Shown: positions 12,963-24,681 of the stretch, one piece after another
Position numbering within the stretch: position 1 is the stretch's first letter
Layout of the letters: each line of letters opens with the position of its first letter
Assembly (NCBI RefSeq): GCF_001194135.2
Contig: NC_068981.1
Coordinates: 77,737,003-77,801,002 of the forward strand
Source of the DNA: Octopus bimaculoides
Lineage: Eukaryota
Length of the DNA stretch: 64,000 bases
Reading direction: 5' to 3'
Notes under the pieces: model-generated
The model's input: the letters and a program-made list of their open reading frames with translations, nothing else
What the model was told of the DNA's origin: nothing
The model's database searches: none
Program-made: the position numbers and the translations under genes

Positions 12963-15836
12963 AAAAATAAAAGATTGTAATGCCAATTCGAAAAAAACCT
13001 CTGCAGCAAAACTCATGTGAAGAGACTCTATCTGGGAATCGAGACAGTGTATAGTGAAAATTGGTCTTATTTTCGAGAATATGTAAGGTACTGACTGAGA
13101 TACGTGAAGGGAAACGGATATGTATATTGTTTAGGAAATTCTCAAGGCCGTTAACAATATTCATGAGTGTTCGTCTTTCCATGGGGTCTTCAACTCTTGA
13201 TGAAACTATAAAGGTATTTTAAACCTGTCCAGCTAATTTTTTTCTTCATGCTGTAAGAGAAAGTATTACGTTGGCGTTTCTACTTTATTGATCGGCCTTA
13301 ACAAGAAAGAAGGGAAAGTTCAACTCGGCATGGTTTGAACTCAGAGAGCAGAAGATAATACAGCAAGATATTTCAATTCGGTGACCTGCTAACAACTGTG
13401 CCAACTACCTGTCTAAATGAATTTCTTTGACCAGAAACAAAATCAATTTGAAAACTGATTATAATACCAGTCGTGTAGCTGCTGTTTAGCCCCAGCCCAA
13501 CTCTGCTTGAACAGAATTGAAATCAAAGGCTTCCTTCCGTGAACCATTCTATTTTTATATCAGGGTCCAAACTGTCCAATGTAGACTTCTTGATTTAAGA
13601 TAGTAAAATATGATTTCATGAAGATTTGGTTACTTTCTCTAGTGCCTGGAACGACTCGCCGTGAGACCCTCTCGTTAGCTTGTGTATTAATGTTTTCTTT
13701 CATTCTACATTATAGTTAGGATATCAAAGACGAGTCTCAAATATATTCTCGATACATAACTCGGTTTGAAATATTGCGTTCTCTTTTCTTCAATGAAGAC
13801 AATGCAGCTATGATTTACTGAGGACAGGGAGAAAATACAGCCTTCATCTCCGTTTTTTTTTTTTGTTTTTCATATGGGGACGGCGTTTTAAGATAAAATA
13901 TCAAAATAGGAATTAAATCTACTTCTAAATCTATTCTTGAAAAAGAAAGTAATAGACGTAAATTTGACTACTCTTCAGTTCTTTATCAGTTTCGATATTT
14001 ACTATTGATTTCTCTTTTGTCTGACACCTACTAAACCACACCATGAGCTGGGACAGGATTGGTATAGCGATTTCACGAAAAACACAGCGTGATATCTGTA
14101 ATGAAAGTCATATTTACAACTTTGAACAAATACCTTATTTCTTTGTCTGAAATATACTTGATATCTGGGAAGACATAGGCGCTGAGAAGTGAAACATAAA
14201 CGCCCATAAGCATGAGTCCAAAACCCGTTTCCTATTCTCTTTCAACATGAAATATCTTCATTTACGGCGCCAGTATCCCACTACTTTCACCCGCACTCAC
14301 TTTTTAAATTAAGGTTTTTGTGCCAAGAAAACGAAAGATATAATGAGCCAAAAATAAAGAATTGAAAATGTTATCATATGAAATATTCCCTTATATTTGT
14401 TATAAGAATTATTTTTTTTAAATACTATTTTTTGATAATTTTTTTTTAGGTGGGGCAATTCATATTGAAATATGAATGTGCGGCCAGTCAATCTACAAGA
14501 AATAGCAACTTTGCCCCACATAAATTCCATTGTACCGTCGTTAAAAGAAGGGGAGTAAATTGGGTAATGTAGGTTGAAATAAACTCTCTGAAAAAGTAGT
14601 ATGGTCGAGGTTAGACTGCCATTGTTGATACGGATATCCAGCCATGAACGGCTTGGTACTAATAACAGCAATATATAAATAATGTATTCTCTGTTCAGTC
14701 AAAGGTTCGTTCTCCAAAATGTTTGAACAAGAAAGATTTCTATAAATTTCTTAAAGTGTATGAAACACTAGATTCATCCCACTTGGGACATATCAGAACA
14801 AGATGAATCACGCACATTTCTACTGTTATTTCTTGAGGCTCAATCCACGTAAATTTTTAAAAGCAACAACATACAAATAAAGTATGTGATTCAAGCAATA
14901 GAGTAACAGAATTTAATTTTGTCACCCCACATTCTAAGTTTAAACGCCACGAGGAATATTGTTTTAGTTTTTCCTGTCAACACTACAACTTCTATACCGG
15001 TAACATGCAGGTGTTGATTAAATCCAGTGTTTCATTCACCGGCAAACATTTGCCCAGAGCCTGCTCAAAAGAAAATTAAAACTTCGTACCTTTGTAACTG
15101 AAAACGTTTTAGACTATCTAAATACAAACACATACGCATACTCACATACATACACACAAATGCAGAAACATAATCTTGAGCAATTCACACACACACACAC
15201 ACACATATGTACTTCTGTTGGAAAGTTTCTTCCGCGTGGTCGAGTCAAAACTGATAATCAGGAGCAGATAAATCCGAAGTTATTCACGAAAGCCAACATT
15301 TATTCAATAATAACAATTGCGAATATCACACAGAAGCAATTGTGAGCAGGACGAGAAAATGTTTAAATGCAACGGCGCCTGACATATTAAATAGAATAAG
15401 ATATTACAAAACAAACTTTCTGAAAATGTCATTTACTGAGAGTTGGGTCTTGGATACGTGTGTGATTGAATTAGTTCTTATGCATAAAGACAATGGGGGA
15501 AAAATTTTAAAACACGATTTGTTTCTTTTTTATTATTATTTTTATAAAGCATAATGTCAAAACACGCTTCCAGTACAGAAATATGCAATGCGATAAATTT
15601 CCTTGTATGTTTTTTTCTTTTAAAGTTTGCCTCTAAACGTGAAGGCACTGTTTGTTTATCTTTTATAAATAGTGACTGCATAAAACTATTGAACTATTCG
15701 GTAGACTGATCTATTTCGTACAAATGGAAACGGCCAGCGAACAATATATTTTGTAAATAGTTTTAATCGTGAACATAGACGAAAGTAATGGCTTTTGGAA
15801 GTGCACGATTTATTGTACACATTTATTTTGACTCTG

Positions 15837-15883
<47 letters not shown>

Positions 15884-16163
15884 ACGTGAGTGTGTACATG
15901 TGAGCGTATGTGTGTATACTTCTACTAGTTTCAGTCATTGGACACCAGCCTTGAAAGGCTTTTATTTGATTTTATCGACAAAAGTGCTTGTATTTACATA
16001 ATTTATCGACCCGGAGGAGAAGTAAGAATAAAAGAAGATGGTATGAGAGGAAGTTTGGTAAACGGCCGCGCGTAATCGGGGATCGCAGAGCTCTACCTAA
16101 AATCAAGAGAGTAAGCACAAAAATACAATCGACTGACTTCTTTCTCTTTCTATTATGTATACA

Positions 16164-16408
16164 CTCTTTTACTCTTTTACTTGTTTCAGTCATTTGACTG
16201 TGGCCATGCTGGAGCACCGCCTTTAGTCGAGCAAACTGACCCCAAGACTTATTCTTTGTAAGTCTAGTACTTATTCTATCGGTCTCTTTTGCCGAACCGC
16301 TAAGTTATGGGGACGTAGACACACCAGTATCGGTTGTCAAGCGATGTTGGGGGTAGGGAACAAATACAGACACACAAACACACACACACACACACACATA
16401 CACATACA

Positions 16409-16464
<56 letters not shown>

Positions 16465-16625
16465 CGACGGGCTTCTTTCAGTTTCCATCTACCAAATCCA
16501 CTCACAAGGCTATGGTCAGCCCGAGGCTATAGAAGACACTTGCCGAAGGTGCCACGCAGTGGGACTGAACCCGAAACCATGTGGTTGGTAAGCAAGCTAC
16601 TTACCACACAGCCACTCCTGCACCT
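16164..16625 (-). mobile_element. SINE family B, full length with internal (CA)n/(TA)n
   Basis: The minus strand starts with a tRNA-like head (aggtgcaggagtggctgtgtggtaagtagcttgcttaccaaccacatggtttcgggttcagtccc). Then come ccttcggcaagtgtctt, an internal microsatellite and a tail ending gactgaaacaagtaaaagagtaaaagag. It matches 29061-29437. Confidence 0.9.
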
Positions 16626-18029
16626 CTTTTTTTTTCGTTTTTTGTCCCCGTCGCTGCAGCTAATAAACACTTAACGTGTGTTACATCACGCGTCAAAAGC
16701 AACCACTTCATCCAAAGAGAAGACAATTTGGAATCTTTAATGGATTGGAAACTTTACTTTCCCGTACAGCATCTCATCTAATTGAGCCAGCAGCAACCGA
16801 ATTCTCCGCTGCACAAGTAGAATCGTGGCAACAACTGTGGAGGTGATGGCACCAGCGTAGAGGCAAGAATGTGCTGTTTCTGTAAAGACGAACAACAACA
16901 CAACCAAACCTGAACATACCAAGCTGGGAGGCTGAAGTAAGGAAATGAGGACAAATATTACACACTTCAGAGAGAACTGGAGCAGCAGGCGTCGGTGGTT
17001 AGCCTCGATACATGATAGATGAACAGCGTCTGTGTCATTCAAAATCCATTTACATTAATGACAACGTGAGGACGCGTAGAGAACTTGAAGAATGTAACAA
17101 CTATAAACCTTTTATCACAATCTTGTTCAGTCACCAAAGCTCTACGCAATAGTCTAAACAGCTTTGAGGTGTGACGGTCTCTGTGAGAGTGTCATTATTC
17201 GCGAAAGCGGTGCTTGAAGACGCCTCGAAGACTTGTACTGCGTCGGATAGTTTTTAGGAAAATATGCAACAATGTACTTTCGATGTGCTGGTATTCACCG
17301 AGTCTTCCAATTTACATCACTTCACTTGGACCACTGTAATCATTACAGACGGACAAGCCAAGTGATTCTTACGTCGACAGGTTTATTTTTTTCTGCGTTC
17401 GTTTCATACAAAATAACTAATCGAAATTTGCGACTTCCTATTAATCTAACGAACTAAATTTGGTCGATTTTACGCGCACACATATGCAACTCATATGGTG
17501 ACCAGGGTATCGCTAATTTTTTTTTGTCGATGGTGTTGCTGCAGCTTTTCATACTCGCATAATTAAGGACTGATTCGGGGATGACATCTTATTGATTTAG
17601 TCGATGCTTAAAATGTTAGTGGTAGCAGTATACTACAACTGTCTCCGTTTCCGCTTGATTGATTATTAAAACAACAGATCCAGTGCCTTTTTTCCGCTTC
17701 TTACGACCTATACTCGATAACCTGTATTGTTTGAATATTTGCTACTACCGTCGAAGTTAGACCGCAGCCGCTTTAATCTTGGTTCAAATCCGAGGCTTCC
17801 ACGCACCCCACGGCACCTTCTGCTTCTTCAGACAACAATTTGTGACACCAAACGAAGTCCAGTTTCTTATGACAATTGAACTTAATACTCGTCCATCACT
17901 ACAATAAAATCTTTTTCCACTTTTAAGTGCATTTAATTATTACAATGAATCTGGTACATTTCTTACAAAGTTACTTGAAACTATCAGATGTCGAAAAATA
18001 ATGGTGGTGGTGACGTTAGTGACGAACGT

Positions 18030-18672
18030 TACTTTACCTTGGGAAAGGATGAAAGTCGATTCCACTGACATCAATGCTCAGCTAGTACATAATTTATCGA
18101 CTCCAAAAGTATGAAAGGCAAAGTCAACCTTGGACGAATTCGAATTCAGAATGTAATACCAGAAAAAAATGTCCAGTGTGGTCACGATTTTGCCAGTTAC
18201 TTGCCTTCATAATAAAGGTTTCAAATTTTGACACAAGGGTAGCAATTATAAAGGGAGAAGTTAGTCCACGCTATTGACCCCAGTACTTGACTGGCACTTT
18301 ATTTTACAGGCCCTGAAAGCTGAAAGGATGAAAGTCAATGTTGACCTGAGCCGAACTTGAACTCAAATTGTAAAGACCCGATTTAAATACTGTAGACTGT
18401 TTTTTCCGACATTCTACCAATTCTGTCAGCTCGCTGCCTTCAATAGTCTTATAATACCTCTTCCTGCTACAGACACAAGGCCTGAAATTTGTGGAGTGGG
18501 GGTAGCTAGTATTTCATCGACTCCAGTGCGAAACTGGTACTTTATTCTATTGACTCTGAAAGGCGAAGACATACAAAGTCGAGCTCAGTGGAATTTTAAC
18601 ACAGAACGTAAAGACGAACAAAATGCCAAGTATTTTGTCAGGCATGCTAAAGATTCTGGCAGCTCACCGCCA
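18030..18672 (-). mobile_element. Three tandem decayed SINE family A copies
   Basis: Three successive occurrences of the aaagg..gaaagtc/ggcaaagtc..gaattcgaattcaga..gccagttacttgcctt type motif. Confidence 0.75.
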
Positions 18673-19154
18673 TATAATCTTATAATGGAATGTAATTTGA
18701 TATGTAACTCAATACTAAACAATCTCTTCGGTAACTCTAAAATGAATTGAAAATACCTTTCAAAGTTCGAATTTTTTATAATTTTTTTACAAAAGATGTT
18801 GCTGTTATTGTCCAATTTTGAATACAAAATTTACTCAAATCATTCCTCATTATCTATATATCTCATTCGGATGGTCTTTGCTTACTTCCTGCTCTGCTTT
18901 AAACCTAGTCTCACTTTCTGTCTCTTCCAACCGCTGTCTTCAGCTTTAAACCTAGCCTGACTTCTTTCTCACTTCTACACGCTGTCTTTGGATTTTATGA
19001 CAATATTGTTATAGCAATTATAATTTTTAAAACGTGAAGAAAATATTATTCACATATAGCAAGAAGAATTTGCAGCCAACTCTCCACCGCCACATCAGAC
19101 TCGCATGTGGAATTTGCAGCAAATCAAAGTACTTTCGCATTTTACTATTTTATT

Positions 19155-19580
19155 ACTTTCGATCTTTTCTTGTAAATGTTTTCAAGTTATTTTACCATTT
19201 GTTGATTTCGATCTTTCTTACAAATGCTTAAAGGTTATTTAAATAGTTTTTTTTTTCGTTCATTTCCTTTTCATATTCCACTATTTTATAACTTTCGAGT
19301 TATCTTATGTTTAAAAGTTATTTTACTATTTATTTATTTCCATCTTTCTTACAAATGTTACAAAGTTATCTCAATAATTTATTTTGTTCCCACATTTCTT
19401 AGAAATGTTTAAGAAAAAAAAATAGGTGAGGTTCAGGTGACTTGATCTAATTTATTTTAATATTTATTTATTTATTTTGACTTCTTAAAAATATTTAAAA
19501 GTTATTTCAATATTTTTCGTTTGCATCTCTCTTGGAAATATTTAACAAAAAATAAATAGGAGGAAGGTGACTATATGCGT
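19155..19580. repeat. Degenerate AT-rich minisatellite (~50-bp unit, about 6-7 copies)
   Basis: Recurring tt(c)gatctttcttacaaatg(t/c)ttaaagttattt. Two units end in aaatagg.g..g..ggtgact. Confidence 0.65.
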
Positions 19581-19959
19581 ACCATTTGTTAAAGGTGGTT
19601 TGGCTATATAATCGACCATATACAGGATATTTTATCGTGCAAGGTTGACAAGCAAATGTGAAATTGTTTAAAAGATAGGAATAGTTTTACTGTAAAACGA
19701 AATTGTAACATGTGGTGCGTTATAATTAGCGCTATATATAAATTTAGAATTTAAACATTCGAATCATCTTTAACACATGAAACCTGAATTAAAGACTATA
19801 ATTGTTTTATACTGGACCAGAAGACCTGGTATTTAAATCTTAAGTCTTGGAGAAGTAATTAAAATTCATTGTATAATAATTTAGGTCCTGAATATATCTG
19901 AAATTGCAGTTATTATATTTGACACAGCTGAAGATCACTTCGGTGTCATCGCTCACAAA

Positions 19960-20860
19960 CTAGATTGTGGTTTCCATAGAATCTCTCATATGCAATGCAC
20001 CGTTTGCATGCACCTTTGCATTACATGTTACTGTTTCCTTGAAGGGATGGTTGTTTGCAAAGAAATGAAAGTCACACGCCTTCACCCATTGACTTCTATA
20101 GCTATCGTGTACAAATTCAACAAGATGGCATTAATTGTCATCAAGAACAGGTGACTCATGCAGAAATTATATTGTAGATGTCCAAACATATATAGAGCAC
20201 AACCATTTCACTTGGTTCCTCGAAGCAAACAAGCCATGATACAGACAGAAAATATCAGGTTATGTGTGATGATTTGACGGGAATTGGAGTCAGTGCAGGT
20301 CAACACGATGTTCTTTCTTAAATCTATAATGCCCTCGCTCTCACAAGGAATGTATCCAGACAGTGGTTCGAGCTGCTGATCAAAATTATATCATATCTCA
20401 AGAGATTTATTTCCCTTTCACATTCACTTGCAAGTTAGTTGCTATCAAGCCAGCTTTTTCCTTGACATGCAGCTAGTCACAGAAGCAGACGACTAAACAG
20501 ACTGAAATATGTATTATTTAATGATTTTTTTTTCATGAGGTTGTTTGTTAGCTACTTTATTGATAATTTTAGTACTGGAGATACTAGATTTTACTTGTAC
20601 AGAAATCTTAATGATAGAATGACCCACGAAATACATCAATAATAAAGACTAAGGTTACAAGCAATTACTTCTGAGGTCATGGGCAAACTCAATGTTCTAT
20701 AATGGGATTTATCCACTTCTCTCCAATAAGACAGCATATATTTTGAAAATTATCAGTCTCAATGACGTCCTTGAAAATCTTGATGTAATTATTGCAGGAA
20801 ACTCTGAGTCATGTCACATCATTTGTCAATATGATAGTCATTAAACTGTATTATAGATAT
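19960..20860 (+). mobile_element. Helitron Rep-region relic (heavily frameshifted)
   Basis: Successive frames give HRISH, PLHYMLLFP*RDG, FYSYRVQI, RNYIVDVQTYIE, DLF.FTFTC and VIKLYYRYI. These are in the order of the Helitron Rep motifs PLQYPLLFPxGExGW, FYxYRL, QxxVD, PDLFITFTCN and SIKYxxKY. Confidence 0.7.
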
Positions 20861-20933
20861 ATATTGTGTTATGCATGCACGCTCACACACATACGTGGTT
20901 ATATATCTATATATGTCTGTGCACGTATATATA

Positions 20934-21046
<113 letters not shown>

Positions 21047-21164
21047 TTCTATGTATATATGTGTGTATGAATGTATGTACGTATGTATGAATTATGTATG
21101 CTCACACACCTACGTTTATGTCTGTATATACATTGTTTTTATAAACATATACATATCTAGCTAT

Positions 21165-21545
21165 ATATATTCAGCTCCTCATCAGTGTCTGTGTTCTGTG
21201 TTAGGTGGTTATTCAGATGCTGAGAGTATCCTGCATTTTCCACTCTCTGTTCAGATACCGGAATGGCTGGACTTACATATACTAATGGGATAAATCTATT
21301 ATTTTATATATATCAATGAAGATGTCATTAATTGTTTCTAATTCTTCTGTTGAGACAGCACTAATTGCGACATCATCCATGTACTGAAAAACGTCAGTAT
21401 GCATCATGGTCTTTGTTATGGTACGGAGTCTGCCAGGCTTGAATAGCTTGCTATCTATGCAGTATGACCTTTGTACGCCAATTGGGAGCCTACCCATTAT
21501 GAGCTCGGACATTACAGAGAAAAAGATGGAAAAGAATATTAAAGC
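21165..21545 (-). mobile_element. RTE-clade reverse transcriptase fragment
   Basis: ORF 21282-21512 reads RSYCIDSKLFKPGRLRTITKT...FQYMDDVAISAVSTEELETINDIF. This matches the RTE pattern YRxDGKLFNLRRL.AKTK...LxYADD.AL.A.SEE.LQ. Confidence 0.8.
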
Positions 21546-22273
21546 AATTACGCATTCCTACCTTTCTTCAGATCTTACTTTCAACTGATCTGTTGTAAAA
21601 GTAATTCTGCTTATAATTAAAGCAGTATTTATATTAGTTTTATTCACATTTTGCTTTCGCTTTTTATTTGTTACCTTCCCTAAATAACGAATGAACACTA
21701 AGAAGCCTTAATTCTGTGTTTCCAAATTATCATAAAAGGTGTATACGTGTATTTATATGTGTGTGCATGTATGTACCTGCAAACGTGTGTGTACGTACGT
21801 GTGTATACATGTGTGTATGCATGCGTGCATGCAACTATGTTTAAATGATTAGTAACTTGAAATGAGCTAATATAGCCATGAGTGCAGTACTTTAGAGACT
21901 ACAAATATAACTGATTGAGTTTATATTTGTAATTGTCTAATATTTTTTAATATTACCCGACTGAGATAAAAATAAAAAAATTAAATCGACATCGAATTTG
22001 AAACTGGAACAAAGATGAAAGTATTTAATATCAATTATTTTAATTATTTCTTCTTGCAGAATTATTGATATTATTGTGGCAGTTGCAGCGGTTTTTATAT
22101 CTGCAAGACACCTCGTCAAATCGCTTGTAAGCTTTGTTTGTTTTAGCTGTTTCAAACTCCGTTTTTCAAAATGGTTGTTCAGTGTTGTTGTTAAACTAAC
22201 CATGATCCTGAAGAACTGGTCAGTACCACTTTGGTTACTCCATACTGATGTTTTTCTTTTTTCTTTTTCTTAG

Positions 22274-22374
22274 CTTACCATTCTTTTCTATAAATCAAAG
22301 CATGACTCTGACGGAGTGCCGGATGGAAGTAAACAGTATTTGCGATCAGCTGTTTCGACGCTGCCTTCTCCATC
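22274..22374 (+). CDS. Candidate isolated 101-nt internal exon of an unidentified host gene
   Basis: Branch-like ctgat, a long polypyrimidine tract and ttag| upstream; |gtaagc donor downstream; higher GC than the flanks. Two frames are open (LPFFSINQSMTLTECRMEVNSICDQLFRRCLLH or LTILFYKSKHDSDGVPDGSKQYLRSAVSTLPSP). I do not recognise the product. Confidence 0.4.
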
Positions 22375-22949
22375 GTAAGCTAAAGTAACTACCACCACCA
22401 AAGTCAACGGAACGGGTAGAAGCGATAGAAACAACAACTACAGCAACAATCAATGAAAGAATCGTTGGCGGCAATTAAGCCATCACCACAACCACAATAA
22501 AAAGTGGCGATAGCAGCAACAACAATGATGACGAATTCAAAAATAAGGAAAAGAACAGCATCATCAACGAACACAATACTGATAAAAACGAAAACATTAA
22601 CAGCAACAACAACATACCTACCAATACTATTAACACCGCCACCGTCACACCACCGCGACCACTAGTAGTATGTATACTAACACCATTACTAACACCATAT
22701 GTGACTAACAAATCACTATTAAGTTTCATTAATGCGATTAGAATGAAAGGAGCAATTTATTTTTTCTTTAGCGCTGCAAGATTCGAAAAGTGCAGAAAAT
22801 TTCCAAGATTGAAAAACCAGTATCCTTAAGCATGTCACAACAGACCAAGGAGGGCACGCACGGAAGACCAAATATGGCTTGAAAGTCATAACATGCCTAG
22901 GTGAGACAGGCTGACACTGAAGTGGCTTCGCGCCCTCCATTGTCAGTTA

Positions 22950-23129
22950 AAGTTTAGACAGTGTCATGTGACAACTTGCTGGGGCTACTTGCTGGAGCCT
23001 AGCAGCGGGAAGTTTAGACAGTGTCATGTGACAACTTGCTGAAGCTACCTACTGGACCCTAGCAGCCGGAAATTTAGACAGTGTCACGTGACAACTTGCT
23101 GGGGCAGCTTTCTGGAGCCTAGCAGCAGG
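22950..23129 (+). repeat. Three tandem 60-bp units, each with the palindrome TGTCAYGTGACA
   Basis: Exact 60-bp period visible in consecutive lines. E-box palindromes are at 22962-22973, 23022-23033 and 23082-23093. Confidence 0.95.
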
Positions 23130-23162
23130 TATAAAAAGGGGAATTTGACATGACAATCAGTC
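23130..23162 (+). promoter_or_regulatory. Pol II core promoter: TATA box plus initiator
   Basis: TATAAAAAGGGG starts at 23130 and TCAGTC (TCAKTY Inr) lies at 23157-23162. The first T of TATA is 29 nt upstream of the Inr A. Confidence 0.65.
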
Positions 23163-24469
23163 GGACGCTGACACTCGTTGATGCTGCATCGAAGAGGCCA
23201 GGGAATAGAAGAAAGAAGACATGCACCCAAGACCAGAGCTGAAGACACCTCCGAAAGGGGGGGGGGGCGCCACGTCAAAACGGTAGAGGAGTAGGGGCCG
23301 AAACCGGACGCGGTTCCTCCTGATGATGTCTTCAGCTAACTGGATCCTAATCCACCAAGGGAAGGTATGTCGGAAGAAAGTAATTCAACAACGCGGGTTG
23401 ATGAACCGTAACACGTGTGGCCAGAACGTCCTGGAAAATAACCATAGCGAGAGACATTCCACAGTTGAATTAGAACAGTCACAAACAGTGAAAGAAGACA
23501 TGCACCCAACACCAGAGCTGAAGACACCTCCGAAAGGGGGTGGCCCCGCCACGTCAAAACGGTAGAGGAGTAGGGGCCGAAACCGGACGTGGCTCCTCCT
23601 GATGATGTCTTGAGCTAACTGGATCCTATAAAGGAGCTGTTGTGGTAGCAGACCACGAAATATGGTTGAAATTCCTTGGTGTATAGGACTGAAACCCAAA
23701 AAAGTGGAACCAGATACACGAAATCAAATTGAAATATCGTTGACCATTCTTCGCAGCAACACCATCGCGGTCATTACCGCTGGGCACTGCTGGGCACCGT
23801 CCCCTCTCCTCCATCCTCTGCTGCCTTGCCCTGTTTTCCCCCTTTTTTATCTTTCCTCTTTTTTTTTCACGAATAAAAAATGATCTCAGGAAAGTTAGGA
23901 TTAAAAGGGTTAAACAAACTATTTATGATAACGAGATTGATAATTATTGACACCATTAATTTTGTTATTCAAATGAAAATTGTTTTGCACCAATCTGAGG
24001 CACGAAAACATACGTTGATCGAGGAATAGGGTTCGATAGATTAGAGCTTTCCGAACGTGGAGGAGAACAGAAAGCCTTCTGTAACACCCACTGAAAAGTG
24101 ATGAACTGACTCCCATGCCGACCTACTTCAGCATTTCGACTGGTGAAACAAAGGCGGAAACAAAATCTTTCTAAAAGCACAGAAAGTCCAAAAAAACAAA
24201 GGCCACGACATAAAATCACAGAGATCTTCAGTTGTAGGGTGACATCAGGAACAGCTTCTAAGTCAGTAAAGGAAACTGTCCCGTCCTTATTATCAGGAGC
24301 GACTTTGGAACTCAACATCACCATCCACCCAAGCCTGCACAGTCAACGAAAACAAAAAGAGCCAATCACAGCAACAATAAAAACTAACACAAAATAACCA
24401 GGTTGTAAGTTCATATAGAGGAAACCACGCTGGCTAGTTCTACTAGAATAATTAACATTTGCGCATCAT

Positions 24470-24681
24470 TTCGTTCTAGAATTGGTACAAGACCTGAAAT
24501 TTTGGAGGAAAGGTTGTAAGTCGATTACATGGACCCTAGTGCTCGACTTATTTTATCGACCTCGAAATGATGAAACACAAATTCGATCCCGGTGGAATTT
24601 GAACTCAGAATGTAAAGAGGGGACGAAATATCGAGAAGCTTTGTGTCCGACATACTAATGATTCTGCCAGCTCGCCGCCTT
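24470..24681 (-). mobile_element. SINE family A, full length
   Basis: tggtacaagacctgaaattttgg...gtcgattacat...cggtggaatttgaactcagaa...attctgccagctcgccgcctt. Confidence 0.85.

Larger units (their letters stand above)
22941..23678 (+). mobile_element. Unclassified retroelement terminal repeat (LTR-like or PLE pseudo-LTR) with internal ~140-bp duplication
   Basis: Starts TGTCAG and carries an enhancer array with TATA/Inr. Segments 23211-23348 and 23491-23627 are duplicates. The 3' ~260 bp recurs inverted at 57118-57376, and both copies end at ...gaaattcctt. Confidence 0.55.

Noticed and set aside
18893-18990. Two-copy ~47-bp tandem (gctttaaacctag...cgctgtctt)
   Set aside because: A simple local duplication with no further structure.
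22950-23129. CRISPR-like regular repeat
   Set aside because: The units are contiguous 60-bp tandem copies without unique spacers, there are no cas genes, and the context is eukaryotic.
23630-23680. Hammerhead-like ggag-CTGTT-gtggt/accac-GAAA-catggtt near the repeat's 3' end
   Set aside because: Stem II and GAAA are present, but the core reads CUGUUGU rather than CUGANGA in both copies, and stem I is out of register.
23965-24324. 119-aa minus-strand ORF with EF-hand-like PDNKDGTVSFTD
   Set aside because: Position 1 is Pro rather than Asp, there are no flanking helices or second EF-hand, and no splice support; likely chance.
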